Below, piece after piece: positions 50,979 through 60,519 of a stretch of 64,000 nt of DNA (position 1 is the stretch's first letter; each line of letters starts with the position of its first letter). Under the pieces are notes generated by a model. It did no database searches and was not told the origin of the DNA. It was given only the letters and a program-made list of their open reading frames with translations. The translations under genes were made by a program, and so were the position numbers. Origin of the DNA: an uncultured bacterium (GTDB lineage: Bacteria > Verrucomicrobiota > Verrucomicrobiia > Verrucomicrobiales > DEV007). The DNA lies in NCBI GenBank assembly GCA_963977015.1, contig CAXBMO010000003.1, positions 352,001 through 416,000 on the forward strand. The letters run 5' to 3'.

Positions 50979-51142
50979 TAGCATCAGGAGTGGTGCTGCG
51001 GTGAGTGATAAGCAAACTGCGGCATCCGGCAACCTGGCATGGAGAAGCCAAGGTGCCTTGGAAGCTGAAGGGAACTTCAGTCTCCGATGTGCGGAACTGA
51101 TTTGCCGGATTTCGGCACGTCAGCCGAACAGCAATTCTCCGC
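50979..51142 (+). ncRNA. SAM riboswitch, SAM-I/IV variant
   Basis: Core GCAUCAGGAG...GGCAACC...GGUGCC...GAUG. P1 GCAUC/GAUGU; P2 GGUGCUGCGGU/ACUGCGGCAUC with no kink-turn; P3 GGC-A-ACC-UGGC/GCCA-A-GGUGCC; P4 CUGAAG-GGAA-CUUCAG; P5 CUGA..UGCCG/CGGCA..UCAG; L3 GGAGAA (51041-46) pairs with 3' UUCUCC (51135-40) as the PK-2 pseudoknot. Confidence 0.85.
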
Positions 51143-51213
51143 CGGAAGAATCTCCGGACATGTTCCTGATGCGGTGAACGAATGAAACTTCAACCGACAT
51201 CGCATCAACTATC

Positions 51214-51456
51214 ATGAATCAGACAGTCATTGAGTCCGATCAGGGAAGACCGGCTCTTCCAACACCCAAACTCAGCGTGAGGGTGAATTCCGAGAACGAG
51301 AATCACCACCTTTGGAACAACCGGGGAACCTGGTGGTGCCATTTCACCGTCCACAAAGCCGATTATACCACGGAACGCATTCGCTTGAGCCTCAAGACCC
51401 GCAGTTTGGAGGAAGCCCGGAACCGGCGGGATCGCGTTTTTGCCGGCTTGGGCTAG
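51214..51456 (+). CDS. Small basic protein downstream of the SAM riboswitch; resembles an integrase arm-type DNA-binding domain
   Basis: HHLWNNRGTWW.HFTVH...ERIRLSLKTRSLEEARNRRD, predicted three beta strands plus a helix; ATG about 70 nt after the aptamer. Confidence 0.75.
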   Translation: MNQTVIESDQGRPALPTPKLSVRVNSENENHHLWNNRGTWWCHFTVHKADYTTERIRLSLKTRSLEEARNRRDRVFAGLG

Positions 51457-51551
51457 CACCATTGCTGCCGGCGCGATCGCGTTTCCGCTTGAAATGTGAT
51501 CAATTCTGAGTTGGTAAGTCTGCCGCGGAAAGCACCCCGCGCAGAAATATC

Positions 51552-52142
51552 ATGGCTGAAGTGAATTCGACGTTTGAACTCAGGCGGGGCGCCATTGCGC
51601 CGGACTTCGAGCTTCCCGAAGGCGGAGCAAAGAAAAAGCATTCCCTTGAAGATCTTGCCGAGGGAAAATCGGCAATCGTCATTCTGTTTGCCTGCAACCA
51701 CTGTCCGTATGTGGTCCACCTGGCCGATTATGTGGGAGAGTTCGCCGATGAATACGCGAAGAAGGGTGTTCAGTTCGTCGCCATCAATTCCAACGATGCC
51801 AAAAAGTATCCGGATGATGCTCCCGAGAAGATGAAGGAGTTTTCCAAGGCGCACGACTGGAACTTCCCCTACCTATTCGATGAGGACCAGAATGTGGCCA
51901 AGTCCTACTCCGCAGCCTGCACGCCGGATTTCTATGTCTTCAACCAGAATCTGGAATTGACCTACACTGGACAGTTCGACAATTCGCGGCCCGGCAATTC
52001 AGCGCCCATCACTGGTGCCGATCTGAGAACGGCTCTTGAGTCCACCCTTCGAAACGGAAAAGCAGACTCCGTGCGCATGCGCCCAAGCAGCGGATGCAAC
52101 ATCAAATGGAAAAAGGGCAACGAACCCGCCTATTTCGGCTAA
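51552..52142 (+). CDS. Thioredoxin family (AhpC/TSA-like) protein
   Basis: APDF.LP, CNHCPYV, INSND..KYP.D, FPYL.DE.Q..A..Y.A.CTP, PS.GC.IKW. Confidence 0.9.
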   Translation: MAEVNSTFELRRGAIAPDFELPEGGAKKKHSLEDLAEGKSAIVILFACNHCPYVVHLADYVGEFADEYAKKGVQFVAINSNDAKKYPDDAPEKMKEFSKAHDWNFPYLFDEDQNVAKSYSAACTPDFYVFNQNLELTYTGQFDNSRPGNSAPITGADLRTALESTLRNGKADSVRMRPSSGCNIKWKKGNEPAYFG

Positions 52143-52253
52143 AATGGAGCGGCCAAATCGCATCGTGACTCACTAAATTCTCAAATTTGGAAACTCTGCG
52201 TGCGAAGTCCGCTCTGACGAATTATATTCGGGCCTTCTCCGTCCTAAACCTAC

Positions 52254-53231
52254 ATGGCGCACCAGCTTCCACAACGCCGTCCTAGCGGTAACGGTCAAAT
52301 GTTTGACTCCTTGCGTTACAGCGACAACGGAACCGCATCGGCACCCTCTCGTGCTCCCACATCGACGCCTGCTCCCGCCATGGTCCCAGACGACATGACC
52401 GGACTCGTTGTCGAGTTGCCGGAATCTTTCGAACGGCCCTCAAATCCTGTCGTTCCTCCTGACTCGATGGTCCCGTCCCTCGAACCTGTTCAGCAGGTCG
52501 TGCAGGTGAAACGCGGATTTTCCGGTTTCGGCGTTTTTTGCATGGCAATTTTCGCGCAAATTCTCCTTATCGGTGGTTTGGGAGTCGCGGCCTATTTTTA
52601 TCCAAAAGAGGCGTCTGCAATTCTCGATAAGGCAGCTCAGTATCTGGACGCGGAAGGTGAAGAAGCCACTCCTCAGGTTGTTCACTGGACCCCTCCAGAA
52701 CCCGAGAGCACTCTCGGCGCCCGAATCCAAATTCTTGAATTGGAGGATCGAGCCATCGTCCGGGGAGATCGCACCGCTTTTTCTGAATTGCAACGTCAGG
52801 CCAAGCTTCTGGAGTCAGACAGCGCCAATCCGATTTATGACGCCGTCCACGCGAGCTTGGTACGGGTCCGTCAGCTCTACCATGTCTCGGCTCAGAACAC
52901 TCCTCCAAGATTGGACGCTCAGGCGATTTTCCCGGGCGCAGAGGCGGAACCCGATCTTCCGACCGCCTCGGTCATTCAGGTGTTGCGCGATCGCCGTCAC
53001 GCAGCCGAGTCGCGCGAGCGAGCCGCTTATTTGTTGGCCGAAGTGAATACACCGCCTGCCCAGAAAGCGCTCTTCAACACGATTCAGGATGACCCCAACC
53101 TTCAGGTTGTCGTCCAAGCGTTTTCGTCGTTCTGCAAATCCACCGGCTATCCCGGGCACGATTGCTTTGACTCCGAAGCGGTCGAGTCGTGGTGGTATCA
53201 GAACGCGCCAAAGATCCTCGGTCAAAACTAA
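52254..53231 (+). CDS. Hypothetical single-pass membrane protein with a C-terminal HEAT-like region
   Basis: Pro-rich N-terminus, one TM helix, HEAT-like SRERAAYLLA...DDPNL.V. Confidence 0.6.
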   Translation: MAHQLPQRRPSGNGQMFDSLRYSDNGTASAPSRAPTSTPAPAMVPDDMTGLVVELPESFERPSNPVVPPDSMVPSLEPVQQVVQVKRGFSGFGVFCMAIFAQILLIGGLGVAAYFYPKEASAILDKAAQYLDAEGEEATPQVVHWTPPEPESTLGARIQILELEDRAIVRGDRTAFSELQRQAKLLESDSANPIYDAVHASLVRVRQLYHVSAQNTPPRLDAQAIFPGAEAEPDLPTASVIQVLRDRRHAAESRERAAYLLAEVNTPPAQKALFNTIQDDPNLQVVVQAFSSFCKSTGYPGHDCFDSEAVESWWYQNAPKILGQN

Positions 53232-53267
53232 GTTGCTCTAAGCGGATCGAGCGTGAGATCATGCAAT

Positions 53268-54752
53268 ATGATCCTCGCCCTTGATCAAGGCACGACCAGT
53301 TCCCGCGCGATTCTTTTCGACCACTCCGCTGGGATTGTCTCCATCGCCCAAAAGGAGTTCGGCCAGATTTTCCCCAAACCCGGTTGGGTTGAACATGATC
53401 CAATTGAGATCTGGGAATCACAGTTGGAGGTCGCTCGAAGTGCGATAGCTTCCGCTGAATTCTCAGCCCAGGAGATCAGGGCCATCGGAATCACCAATCA
53501 ACGGGAGACAACCCTGATCTGGGACCGAGCTTCCGGTAAGCCAATCCACAATGCGCTGGTTTGGCAGGATCGGAGAACCTCTGGAATTTGCGACGAGATT
53601 CGTAAGGCTGGACATGCCGAACGAATCAAGGCCAAAACGGGTCTCCCGGTCGACGCCTACTTTTCCGCGACCAAGCTGAAATGGCTCCTCGATCACGTTG
53701 AGGGAGCGCGAGACCGGGCGGAGAAGGGCGAACTCGCCTTCGGGACGGTGGATTCATGGCTCATCTGGAACCTCACAAATGGCAAACTTCACATCACGGA
53801 TGTCACCAATGCCAGCCGGACCATGCTATTCAATCTCAAATCACTGGATTGGGATTCGGATCTCCTCGACCAATTTGACATTCCACGTTCGCTCCTTCCG
53901 GAGATCCGATCCAGCAGCGAAGTGTACGGAGAAACCGCTCCCGGCACCTTCCCGGTCCAGATTCCAATTGCCGGGATCGCGGGCGATCAACAGGCGGCCT
54001 TGTTCGGTCAAGCCTGCCATCAACCCGGCCAGGGGAAGAATACCTATGGAACGGGATGTTTTCTGCTGATGAATACCGGGACGAAACCAGTACAATCCCG
54101 AAATCAGCTTCTAACCACGGTGGCATGGAAGATCGGGGAGACGGTTCACTACGCGCTTGAGGGAAGCATCTTCGTGGCCGGCGCCGCAATCCAATGGCTC
54201 CGCGACGAACTGGGAATCCTTAGCAGTGCGGAAGAGATCGAACAACTCGCCAGAGCCGTGCCCGATAGCGGAGGCGTCGTATTCGTCCCGGCCTTCACAG
54301 GACTTGGGGCACCACACTGGGACTCCTATGCTCGTGGCACAATCGTGGGACTGACCCGCGGCTCCTCCAAGGGGCATCTTGCCCGAGCGGCCCTCGAATC
54401 CATTGCGCTCCAGAGCCTCGATCTCCTGTCGGCAATGGAACGCGATTCCGGCATTCGAATGAGCGAATTGCGCGTCGATGGAGGCGCCTCCGTCAACGAT
54501 CTCCTCATGCAGATTCAGGCCGATTTCGCCCAACGCCCCGTGGTTCGCCCCCAAGTTACGGAGACGACCGCTCTAGGTGCTGCCTATCTTGCGGGATTGG
54601 CGGTGGGATTCTGGGATGACCTTGAGGAAATCCACGAAAACTGGCAAATGGACCGGACGTTTCAACCAAACCGCCCTCAACAGGAACTTGCTCCCCACCT
54701 CGAGAATTGGGCCCGCGCTGTGGAATGTGCCAAGGGCTGGGCGAAAGAATGA
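53268..54752 (+). CDS. glpK: Glycerol kinase
   Basis: [60 protein letters not shown]. Confidence 0.96.
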   Translation: MILALDQGTTSSRAILFDHSAGIVSIAQKEFGQIFPKPGWVEHDPIEIWESQLEVARSAIASAEFSAQEIRAIGITNQRETTLIWDRASGKPIHNALVWQDRRTSGICDEIRKAGHAERIKAKTGLPVDAYFSATKLKWLLDHVEGARDRAEKGELAFGTVDSWLIWNLTNGKLHITDVTNASRTMLFNLKSLDWDSDLLDQFDIPRSLLPEIRSSSEVYGETAPGTFPVQIPIAGIAGDQQAALFGQACHQPGQGKNTYGTGCFLLMNTGTKPVQSRNQLLTTVAWKIGETVHYALEGSIFVAGAAIQWLRDELGILSSAEEIEQLARAVPDSGGVVFVPAFTGLGAPHWDSYARGTIVGLTRGSSKGHLARAALESIALQSLDLLSAMERDSGIRMSELRVDGGASVNDLLMQIQADFAQRPVVRPQVTETTALGAAYLAGLAVGFWDDLEEIHENWQMDRTFQPNRPQQELAPHLENWARAVECAKGWAKE

Positions 54753-57100
54753 AAGCTGGAATCTCGCAAAACGGTGTTCTCTCTATGATCAAACAGTTCA
54801 CTTTCGTTCTAGCGTTCGGGATTGGCTCCGTTTTCGCAGGCAATCTCTCGCCATCGGATCAAATCGATAAACTGGTTGGCACTCAACTTCAAAAGCAGGG
54901 TCTCGCGCCAAATGCGGAAATCAGTGACGCGGTCTTCCTGCGCAGGGCATACCTCAATATTGGCGGGCGAATCCCGACCATCGAAGAAGCTGAGGCATTT
55001 CATACGAGCGAATACCCCAACAAGCGGGAGAGATTGATCGAAGACCTGCTCAACAGCCCTGCCTATGTCTCCAATTACTATCACTTCTGGGCGGATCTGC
55101 TCCGAGTGAATGGTGAATTGCGAGGAGCAACGAAGTCCGCCTACGAGCTTTGGGTGAAGGAAGCGCTTCAAACCAACAAGCCCTACGACCAAATGGTTCG
55201 TGAGATGGTCAGCGCTGAGGGGATGATTTGGGACAATGGTGCAACCGGCTATTACTTCCGAGATCGTGGCATGCCTCTCGACAACATGTCGAACACCGTC
55301 CGGATCTTCTTGGGAACTCGATTGGAATGTGCCCAGTGCCACAACCATCCCTTCGATAAATGGACACAAATGGACTATTTCAAGATGGCTGCATTCAGCT
55401 ATGGAATGTCGACGAGAAACTACGATTTCCCGAACCGGGATTTGGTGACCAAGCACTATTCCAAGGCTTCCGTCGATGCCTACCAGGACGCGGTTCAAAA
55501 GGCAGGGGCGAAAGAGGGCTTTCCCCATGTTCGCAACGAACAATCCATCGATCGATATCTGTTGGGCAGGAAGAACAGGCCCAGCTGGATTGAGCAACAC
55601 GGATACAGCGAGCAACAGTTTCGAGCCATTGTTGCCAAGGGAATCGCCGCCTTGGAAGCATCCAAGAAAGAACAGAACTCCCTTCGTCAGACGCTCAGCC
55701 AGCTCTACAACCCGCTGCAATACACTTCGGTTCGGGAGGACGAAAAGGATCCAAAGTTGCCTCACGACTACCAATACACGGATGCCGATCCCCATGCTCA
55801 GGTTTCACCAGCTGTGATGTTTGGCACGGAGATCGACCTTGATCAGGAAGACAGTCGAATTGCGGCCTACTCCAAATGGATGACGAGCCCGGAAAACCCC
55901 ACCTTTACCAAGGTCATCGTGAACCGACTTTGGAAGGAAGTCTTCGGTCTCGGGATTTTCGAGCCCGTCGATGAAATCACCGATCACACCGAAGTTTCAA
56001 ACCCTGAGCTGCTGAGCTACCTCGAGAATTTGATGCGGGAATTGGACTACGACATCAAGGGCCTGCTCCAAATCCTTTACAACACCGAGACCTATCAGCG
56101 CGCCGCCAATACCGGTGAAATCATGTTGGGAGCTCCCTACTATTTCCAGGGCCCCATTCTTCGCCGCATGAGCGCGGAGCAGATTTGGGACTCCATTGTC
56201 GCCCTTTCCCTGCCCGAGGCGGATCAATATCGCCCGCGCCTGAAGGGCCAACTTTCCTCCATCGAAAATCAACGCCGGATTTATACGAGCCTGGAAGAAC
56301 GCCCCTTTGAAGAATTCCTCGCCATGGTTCAAGAGTTGGCTCCGCTCGTCAAGAATCGCTATGTTATTGAGGCGGAATACCGGGACAAGTTGACCGAAGC
56401 AAGGGCCGCGGAAGACACTGAACTCTTTAATCAGCTTCGGAGAGAACTGCGGGAGGTTGGGAGAGAAGTTCAGGAGAAAATTTCCCAGATCGGCTACATT
56501 CATCTTCGAGAGGAAGTGGATGCGGGGGACTTGCTCGCTGCGATTGGGATGAACGAAGTCGCTGCTGAGATGATGGCCGATATGGAAGAGGGCTCGGAAG
56601 ACGCAGTTGTGACCAAGCTGCCAAAAATCAGCTTGCCCAATCCGCCTGAGGACCTCGAAAGAAATCAAAAGAAGGCCTGGGCCAACGCCCAAAAAGCGGA
56701 CTATTCCGTCTATAAAAATCTCATCTCCGGTATGGCGCGAGCTTCTGAATTGGAGTCACCCGCCCGCCGGGGACATTTTCTCCGTGATTTTGGTCAGTCA
56801 GACCGCGAGGTCATCGAAAACGCAGCTGACCACGCTTCCGTCCCGCAGGCCTTGAACCTTCTGAACGGCCCGATCGTTCAGGCATTGACCAATCGCTTCG
56901 CCGTCTTTGGAAACCGGGTGCATGCGGCAGGAACCCCTGAGGACAAGACCCGTATGATTTTCCAAGCCATGCTCACTCGCGAACCGACCGATTCGGAGCT
57001 GGCGATGGTCAGCGAGGAAGTTGGGAAATACGGAGACGAAGCCTATGAAGGAGTCGTTTGGGCCCTCCTCAACACCCAGCAATTCCTGTTCGTTCAGTAA
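54749..57100 (+). CDS. DUF1549/DUF1553 (PSD1-type) domain protein
   Basis: FLRRAYL...[37 protein letters not shown]...FG.G..EPVD, RRMSAEQ.WDS, QALNLLN, WALLNT. Confidence 0.9.
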   Translation: MKAGISQNGVLSMIKQFTFVLAFGIGSVFAGNLSPSDQIDKLVGTQLQKQGLAPNAEISDAVFLRRAYLNIGGRIPTIEEAEAFHTSEYPNKRERLIEDLLNSPAYVSNYYHFWADLLRVNGELRGATKSAYELWVKEALQTNKPYDQMVREMVSAEGMIWDNGATGYYFRDRGMPLDNMSNTVRIFLGTRLECAQCHNHPFDKWTQMDYFKMAAFSYGMSTRNYDFPNRDLVTKHYSKASVDAYQDAVQKAGAKEGFPHVRNEQSIDRYLLGRKNRPSWIEQHGYSEQQFRAIVAKGIAALEASKKEQNSLRQTLSQLYNPLQYTSVREDEKDPKLPHDYQYTDADPHAQVSPAVMFGTEIDLDQEDSRIAAYSKWMTSPENPTFTKVIVNRLWKEVFGLGIFEPVDEITDHTEVSNPELLSYLENLMRELDYDIKGLLQILYNTETYQRAANTGEIMLGAPYYFQGPILRRMSAEQIWDSIVALSLPEADQYRPRLKGQLSSIENQRRIYTSLEERPFEEFLAMVQELAPLVKNRYVIEAEYRDKLTEARAAEDTELFNQLRRELREVGREVQEKISQIGYIHLREEVDAGDLLAAIGMNEVAAEMMADMEEGSEDAVVTKLPKISLPNPPEDLERNQKKAWANAQKADYSVYKNLISGMARASELESPARRGHFLRDFGQSDREVIENAADHASVPQALNLLNGPIVQALTNRFAVFGNRVHAAGTPEDKTRMIFQAMLTREPTDSELAMVSEEVGKYGDEAYEGVVWALLNTQQFLFVQ

Positions 57101-57112
57101 AATCCCCTAGAG

Positions 57113-57754
57113 CTAAGATGCGGCTAAATTGGCCTCGAGGACTTCGTCGAGGCTTTCCACAATCAAGCTGGACCAGGATTCCAGGCGATCGAGTCGCTGA
57201 ATCAGTTCTTCACGGCTAAGGAACTCCAATTCCGTAATGTCCGCTTCGTTCGCTTCGACAGCGGCGATCTCGAGATCAAAGAGATGGACAATTCCGAGGT
57301 GAACCTGACCCACCTCGTTGGTATCATCGTTGATCAACCCGATGATTTGCTGGGTATGCCCGCTTTCGATCCGCAATTCTTCATTCGTTTCGCGCTCGAC
57401 CCCCGCCAGATACAGTTCCCGTCCCATGGAACCGCTGGCGTGATAGTCGTCCTCGTTGACATGACCACCAATGCCAATCGAGCCTTTGGCGGCCAAACGC
57501 TTCTCACCGCCGCCGCCACCACGGACATAGTGGAGATAGCGATCCTCGTGCCGGAAAATCGCATAGGGAATGATCTGCTTAAAACCTGGATCATCCTCAG
57601 CGAGATTTCGGTCCAAAAACTGGTTGTTCTCCGGACTCAGAATGGTCGGCAGGTAATCGCCCGCCCGGGGACAGAATCCATGAAACGCACCCAATTGATC
57701 AAACAATTCGCGCGGAATTACAAAAACGTTTTCGTCGTAGCGTTTGGTGGCCAT
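57113..57754 (-). CDS. NUDIX-family putative phosphoesterase (COG4112-like)
   Basis: AEDDP.FKQIIPY, GE.RL....SIGIGGHVN, RE..EEL, INDD..EVG.VHLG. Confidence 0.85.
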   Translation of the reverse strand: MATKRYDENVFVIPRELFDQLGAFHGFCPRAGDYLPTILSPENNQFLDRNLAEDDPGFKQIIPYAIFRHEDRYLHYVRGGGGGEKRLAAKGSIGIGGHVNEDDYHASGSMGRELYLAGVERETNEELRIESGHTQQIIGLINDDTNEVGQVHLGIVHLFDLEIAAVEANEADITELEFLSREELIQRLDRLESWSSLIVESLDEVLEANLAAS

Positions 57755-57892
57755 GTCAGGACCGGTAGCCGCTTGGGATAGGGTTGCAAGCCCAACTTCC
57801 GCCGCATTCCAGAACTCCCCAACCGAAAACCAACCCTAGCAAATCACCCAAAACTCACTTGACCTTCCCGTAGGTCCTTTCCAAAGTGCGCC

Positions 57893-58939
57893 GTGGCCTC
57901 AGGACTCAATCTCAGAGAGCAATTGCGGCAAATTTTGCCGGATATTCTCCCCAAAAACCCAGCGGAAGCAATCAAAGGCACCGAGCTGATTCAGTTGGTG
58001 AAGTTCCAGCTGCAGCAGCCTTACTCTGATGCGACGCTGCGCTATCACTTTTCGATCATGTCGTGCGATCCCTCCTCGCCGATCGCAAAAGTGGAGCACG
58101 GACAGGGTTACTATCAACGATCTACCACGCTTCATTCGCTCGAAAGCGCCCGAAACTTCATTCCGGTCAATCAGGAGGGTTTCTTGTTTGGCGGCGAGGA
58201 TCGCGCAACGGGTGAACAACTCGCCTTATCTCGCGCCAATCGATTTCGCGCCGTTTTCAATCGCTTCTGCGAGTTCAACAATCGCTTCCCGTTCGCGTTC
58301 GAAGGGGCCTTGTCGCACGGAGCTGGTGAACAGTTTCTGTGGCGCCTTCCCGATGTTGCCACGGTGGAATGGCTGATTGGTGAGGTCGATGAGGAGAGCG
58401 GAAGCCTCGTTCTCGACCAGAAAAGCCTCCAAACCCGTCAAATGATGGGCGGCGCTCCGTTCAAGGTCACCGCCCTGAAGCTGAAACTGGATACGAATTA
58501 TGCTACGGCACGAGCCGACTTTTTCCGAACTCTCAGTTCCGGACTTTGGGCGAACTACTCCGAATTGGTAATCGCGGCTGAACTCAGCGACGAACAGCTG
58601 GTTGCCGATCTGCGCGAGCTTTCCGACCAATTTGGGGTTGGTGTGACCAGTCTTGGTTTGACCCTTGATGTGATTGACGATCTGCCCGAACCGGCGGCCA
58701 TTGAGAACATGCGGCTGCGCGAATTCGAGGCCCTCCTGAATCTTTTTACCCCACGGAGAATCGCGCTGCCCCGGGACACGGGCCGGTTGGATTGGCAAAG
58801 CATCAACCAATTTCGCGACAACGAGGATTTTGAGACGTTTTATCAGTGGACTGCCAAGTGTCTTGAGGACGGCAGAGCCTACACGGCTGAGCAATTCACT
58901 GAGTCGAAAGGCGGCGATGTGAAGATCGAAGCGGCCTGA
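57893..58939 (+). CDS. N-terminal winged-HTH plus HrgA/COG2958-like restriction-endonuclease-fold protein
   Basis: W..PDV; FF...S...WANY..LV....D......L..L...FGVGV; LDW..IN.....DF motifs recall the HrgA family; GTG start. Confidence 0.55.
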   Translation: MASGLNLREQLRQILPDILPKNPAEAIKGTELIQLVKFQLQQPYSDATLRYHFSIMSCDPSSPIAKVEHGQGYYQRSTTLHSLESARNFIPVNQEGFLFGGEDRATGEQLALSRANRFRAVFNRFCEFNNRFPFAFEGALSHGAGEQFLWRLPDVATVEWLIGEVDEESGSLVLDQKSLQTRQMMGGAPFKVTALKLKLDTNYATARADFFRTLSSGLWANYSELVIAAELSDEQLVADLRELSDQFGVGVTSLGLTLDVIDDLPEPAAIENMRLREFEALLNLFTPRRIALPRDTGRLDWQSINQFRDNEDFETFYQWTAKCLEDGRAYTAEQFTESKGGDVKIEAA

Positions 58940-58984
58940 CGTTTTCGGTTGCCGGGGTGAAGAGCCTCCGTCAGAATTCGAACC

Positions 58985-60397
58985 ATGAAGCCCCTCCTTC
59001 TGGTTCTGGCGGTTGCGTTTGCCATGGTCGCGGCAATCAGCGCTTCCGAGAAGCCCAATTTCCTGATCATCGTCGCGGATGATTGCACCTACAACGATCT
59101 TCCACTGTACGGAGGACAAAATGCCAAGACTCCCCATATCGACGCATTGGCGGCGAGAGGCCTGACCTTTAATCGAGCGTTTTTGGCCGAGGCGATGTGC
59201 CAGCCCTGCCGTGCAGAACTCTACACCGGCCAATATCCGATGCGGAACGGCTGTGCCTGGAATCATTCTGCCAGTAAACCCGGCACCAAAAGCCTCCCAC
59301 ACTACCTCAAGCCCTTGGGATATCGTGTCGGTTTGGCGGGGAAAGGCCACGTGAAACCGGCTGCCGTATTTCCCTTCGAGAACATTGAAGGATTTGACCC
59401 AAGCTGCGTTCGTGAACCAACCCAGGCCCATGATGTTGCGGGAATCGCCGAATTCATGGAGCGGGAATCCTCCCCGTTTTGCCTCGTGGTTGCGCTGGTC
59501 GAGCCCCACGTTCCGTGGGTCATGGGGGATGCGACCCGGTATCCTCCTGCCTCGCTGAACCTGCCGCCCAATTTGGCTGACACGCCGGCCACCCGGGAGC
59601 ACTTCGCGAATTACCTCGCCGAAATTACCTACATGGACGGGCAGGTCGGCGAAATTCTTGAAACGCTGAAAGATTCGGGGCGAGAGGAAGAGACGGTCGT
59701 CATTTTCACCTCGGAACAAGGTTCGCAATTTCCCGGCTGCAAGTGGACCAACTGGAATACCGGGTTGCACACCGCGTTTGTGGCCTCTCTCCCCGGCCAA
59801 ATCGAGGAAGGGAAACGAACAGACGCCTTGATTCAGTATGCGGATCTTGCTCCGACGTTGATTGAGTTGGCCGGCGGCGAGATCTCAGGTTCCATGAAGT
59901 TCGACGGATCCAGTTTCGCGTCAGTCCTAAAGGGAGCGTCCGAGACGCACCGCGAGTTCGCCTATGGAATGCACAACAATCTTCCCGAAGGCCCTGCCTA
60001 TCCGATCCGGACCATCACCAACGGGAAATTTCGCTATATCCGGAACCTGGCACCCGATGAACTCTACATTGAGAAGCACCTGATGGGCGGAGGGAGGCTG
60101 AACAACCCGTATTGGGCAACCTGGGTTGGCGCGGATCCCATGAAACCGGAGTCCGGAGCCTACCCGTTGATCAAACGTTACATGTCTCGTCCCGCTGAAG
60201 AGCTTTATCTCACGGTCGAGGATCCCTACGAGTTGGAAAACCTGGCTGGAAACCCCGAATACGTGGCGATGAAGGCGAAGCTCAGCGATGAGTTGGAGAT
60301 CTGGATGAATGCTCAAAACGATCCCGGTAAGGCGGTTGACACCCCTGCCGCGTTAAAAGCGGCCCGCAAAGGTGCCCACCTCTACGGAGTGGATTAG
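58985..60397 (+). CDS. Secreted sulfatase (Cys-type)
   Basis: KPNFL.I.ADD, TP.ID.LA, CQPCR..L.TG, GK.H, EELY...DPYE..NLA. Confidence 0.92.
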   Translation: MKPLLLVLAVAFAMVAAISASEKPNFLIIVADDCTYNDLPLYGGQNAKTPHIDALAARGLTFNRAFLAEAMCQPCRAELYTGQYPMRNGCAWNHSASKPGTKSLPHYLKPLGYRVGLAGKGHVKPAAVFPFENIEGFDPSCVREPTQAHDVAGIAEFMERESSPFCLVVALVEPHVPWVMGDATRYPPASLNLPPNLADTPATREHFANYLAEITYMDGQVGEILETLKDSGREEETVVIFTSEQGSQFPGCKWTNWNTGLHTAFVASLPGQIEEGKRTDALIQYADLAPTLIELAGGEISGSMKFDGSSFASVLKGASETHREFAYGMHNNLPEGPAYPIRTITNGKFRYIRNLAPDELYIEKHLMGGGRLNNPYWATWVGADPMKPESGAYPLIKRYMSRPAEELYLTVEDPYELENLAGNPEYVAMKAKLSDELEIWMNAQNDPGKAVDTPAALKAARKGAHLYGVD

Positions 60398-60519
60398 CAG
60401 TTCGAGACCTGACGAAATCTGCCAGTTGACCGGGCAGATTCGATGAAATGGCTTTGCGCTTGCAGCGTCAAATTATGAGACCACGTTTCACACGATCCTA
60501 ACAAGGACACCAACCAGTC

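Noticed and set aside
50836-51177. 113-aa plus-strand and 67-aa minus-strand ORFs in the kamA spacer
   Set aside because: They overlap the SAM riboswitch and promoters; the RNA structure explains the sequence better
51214-51456. Small ORF as a remnant of an integrase or prophage
   Set aside because: No catalytic recombinase fragment, att-like repeats or tRNA nearby; the ORF has a clean start and stop and its own riboswitch leader
58226-59800. 524-aa minus-strand ORF
   Set aside because: Antisense shadow of the sulfatase and HrgA-like genes; no recognisable motifs
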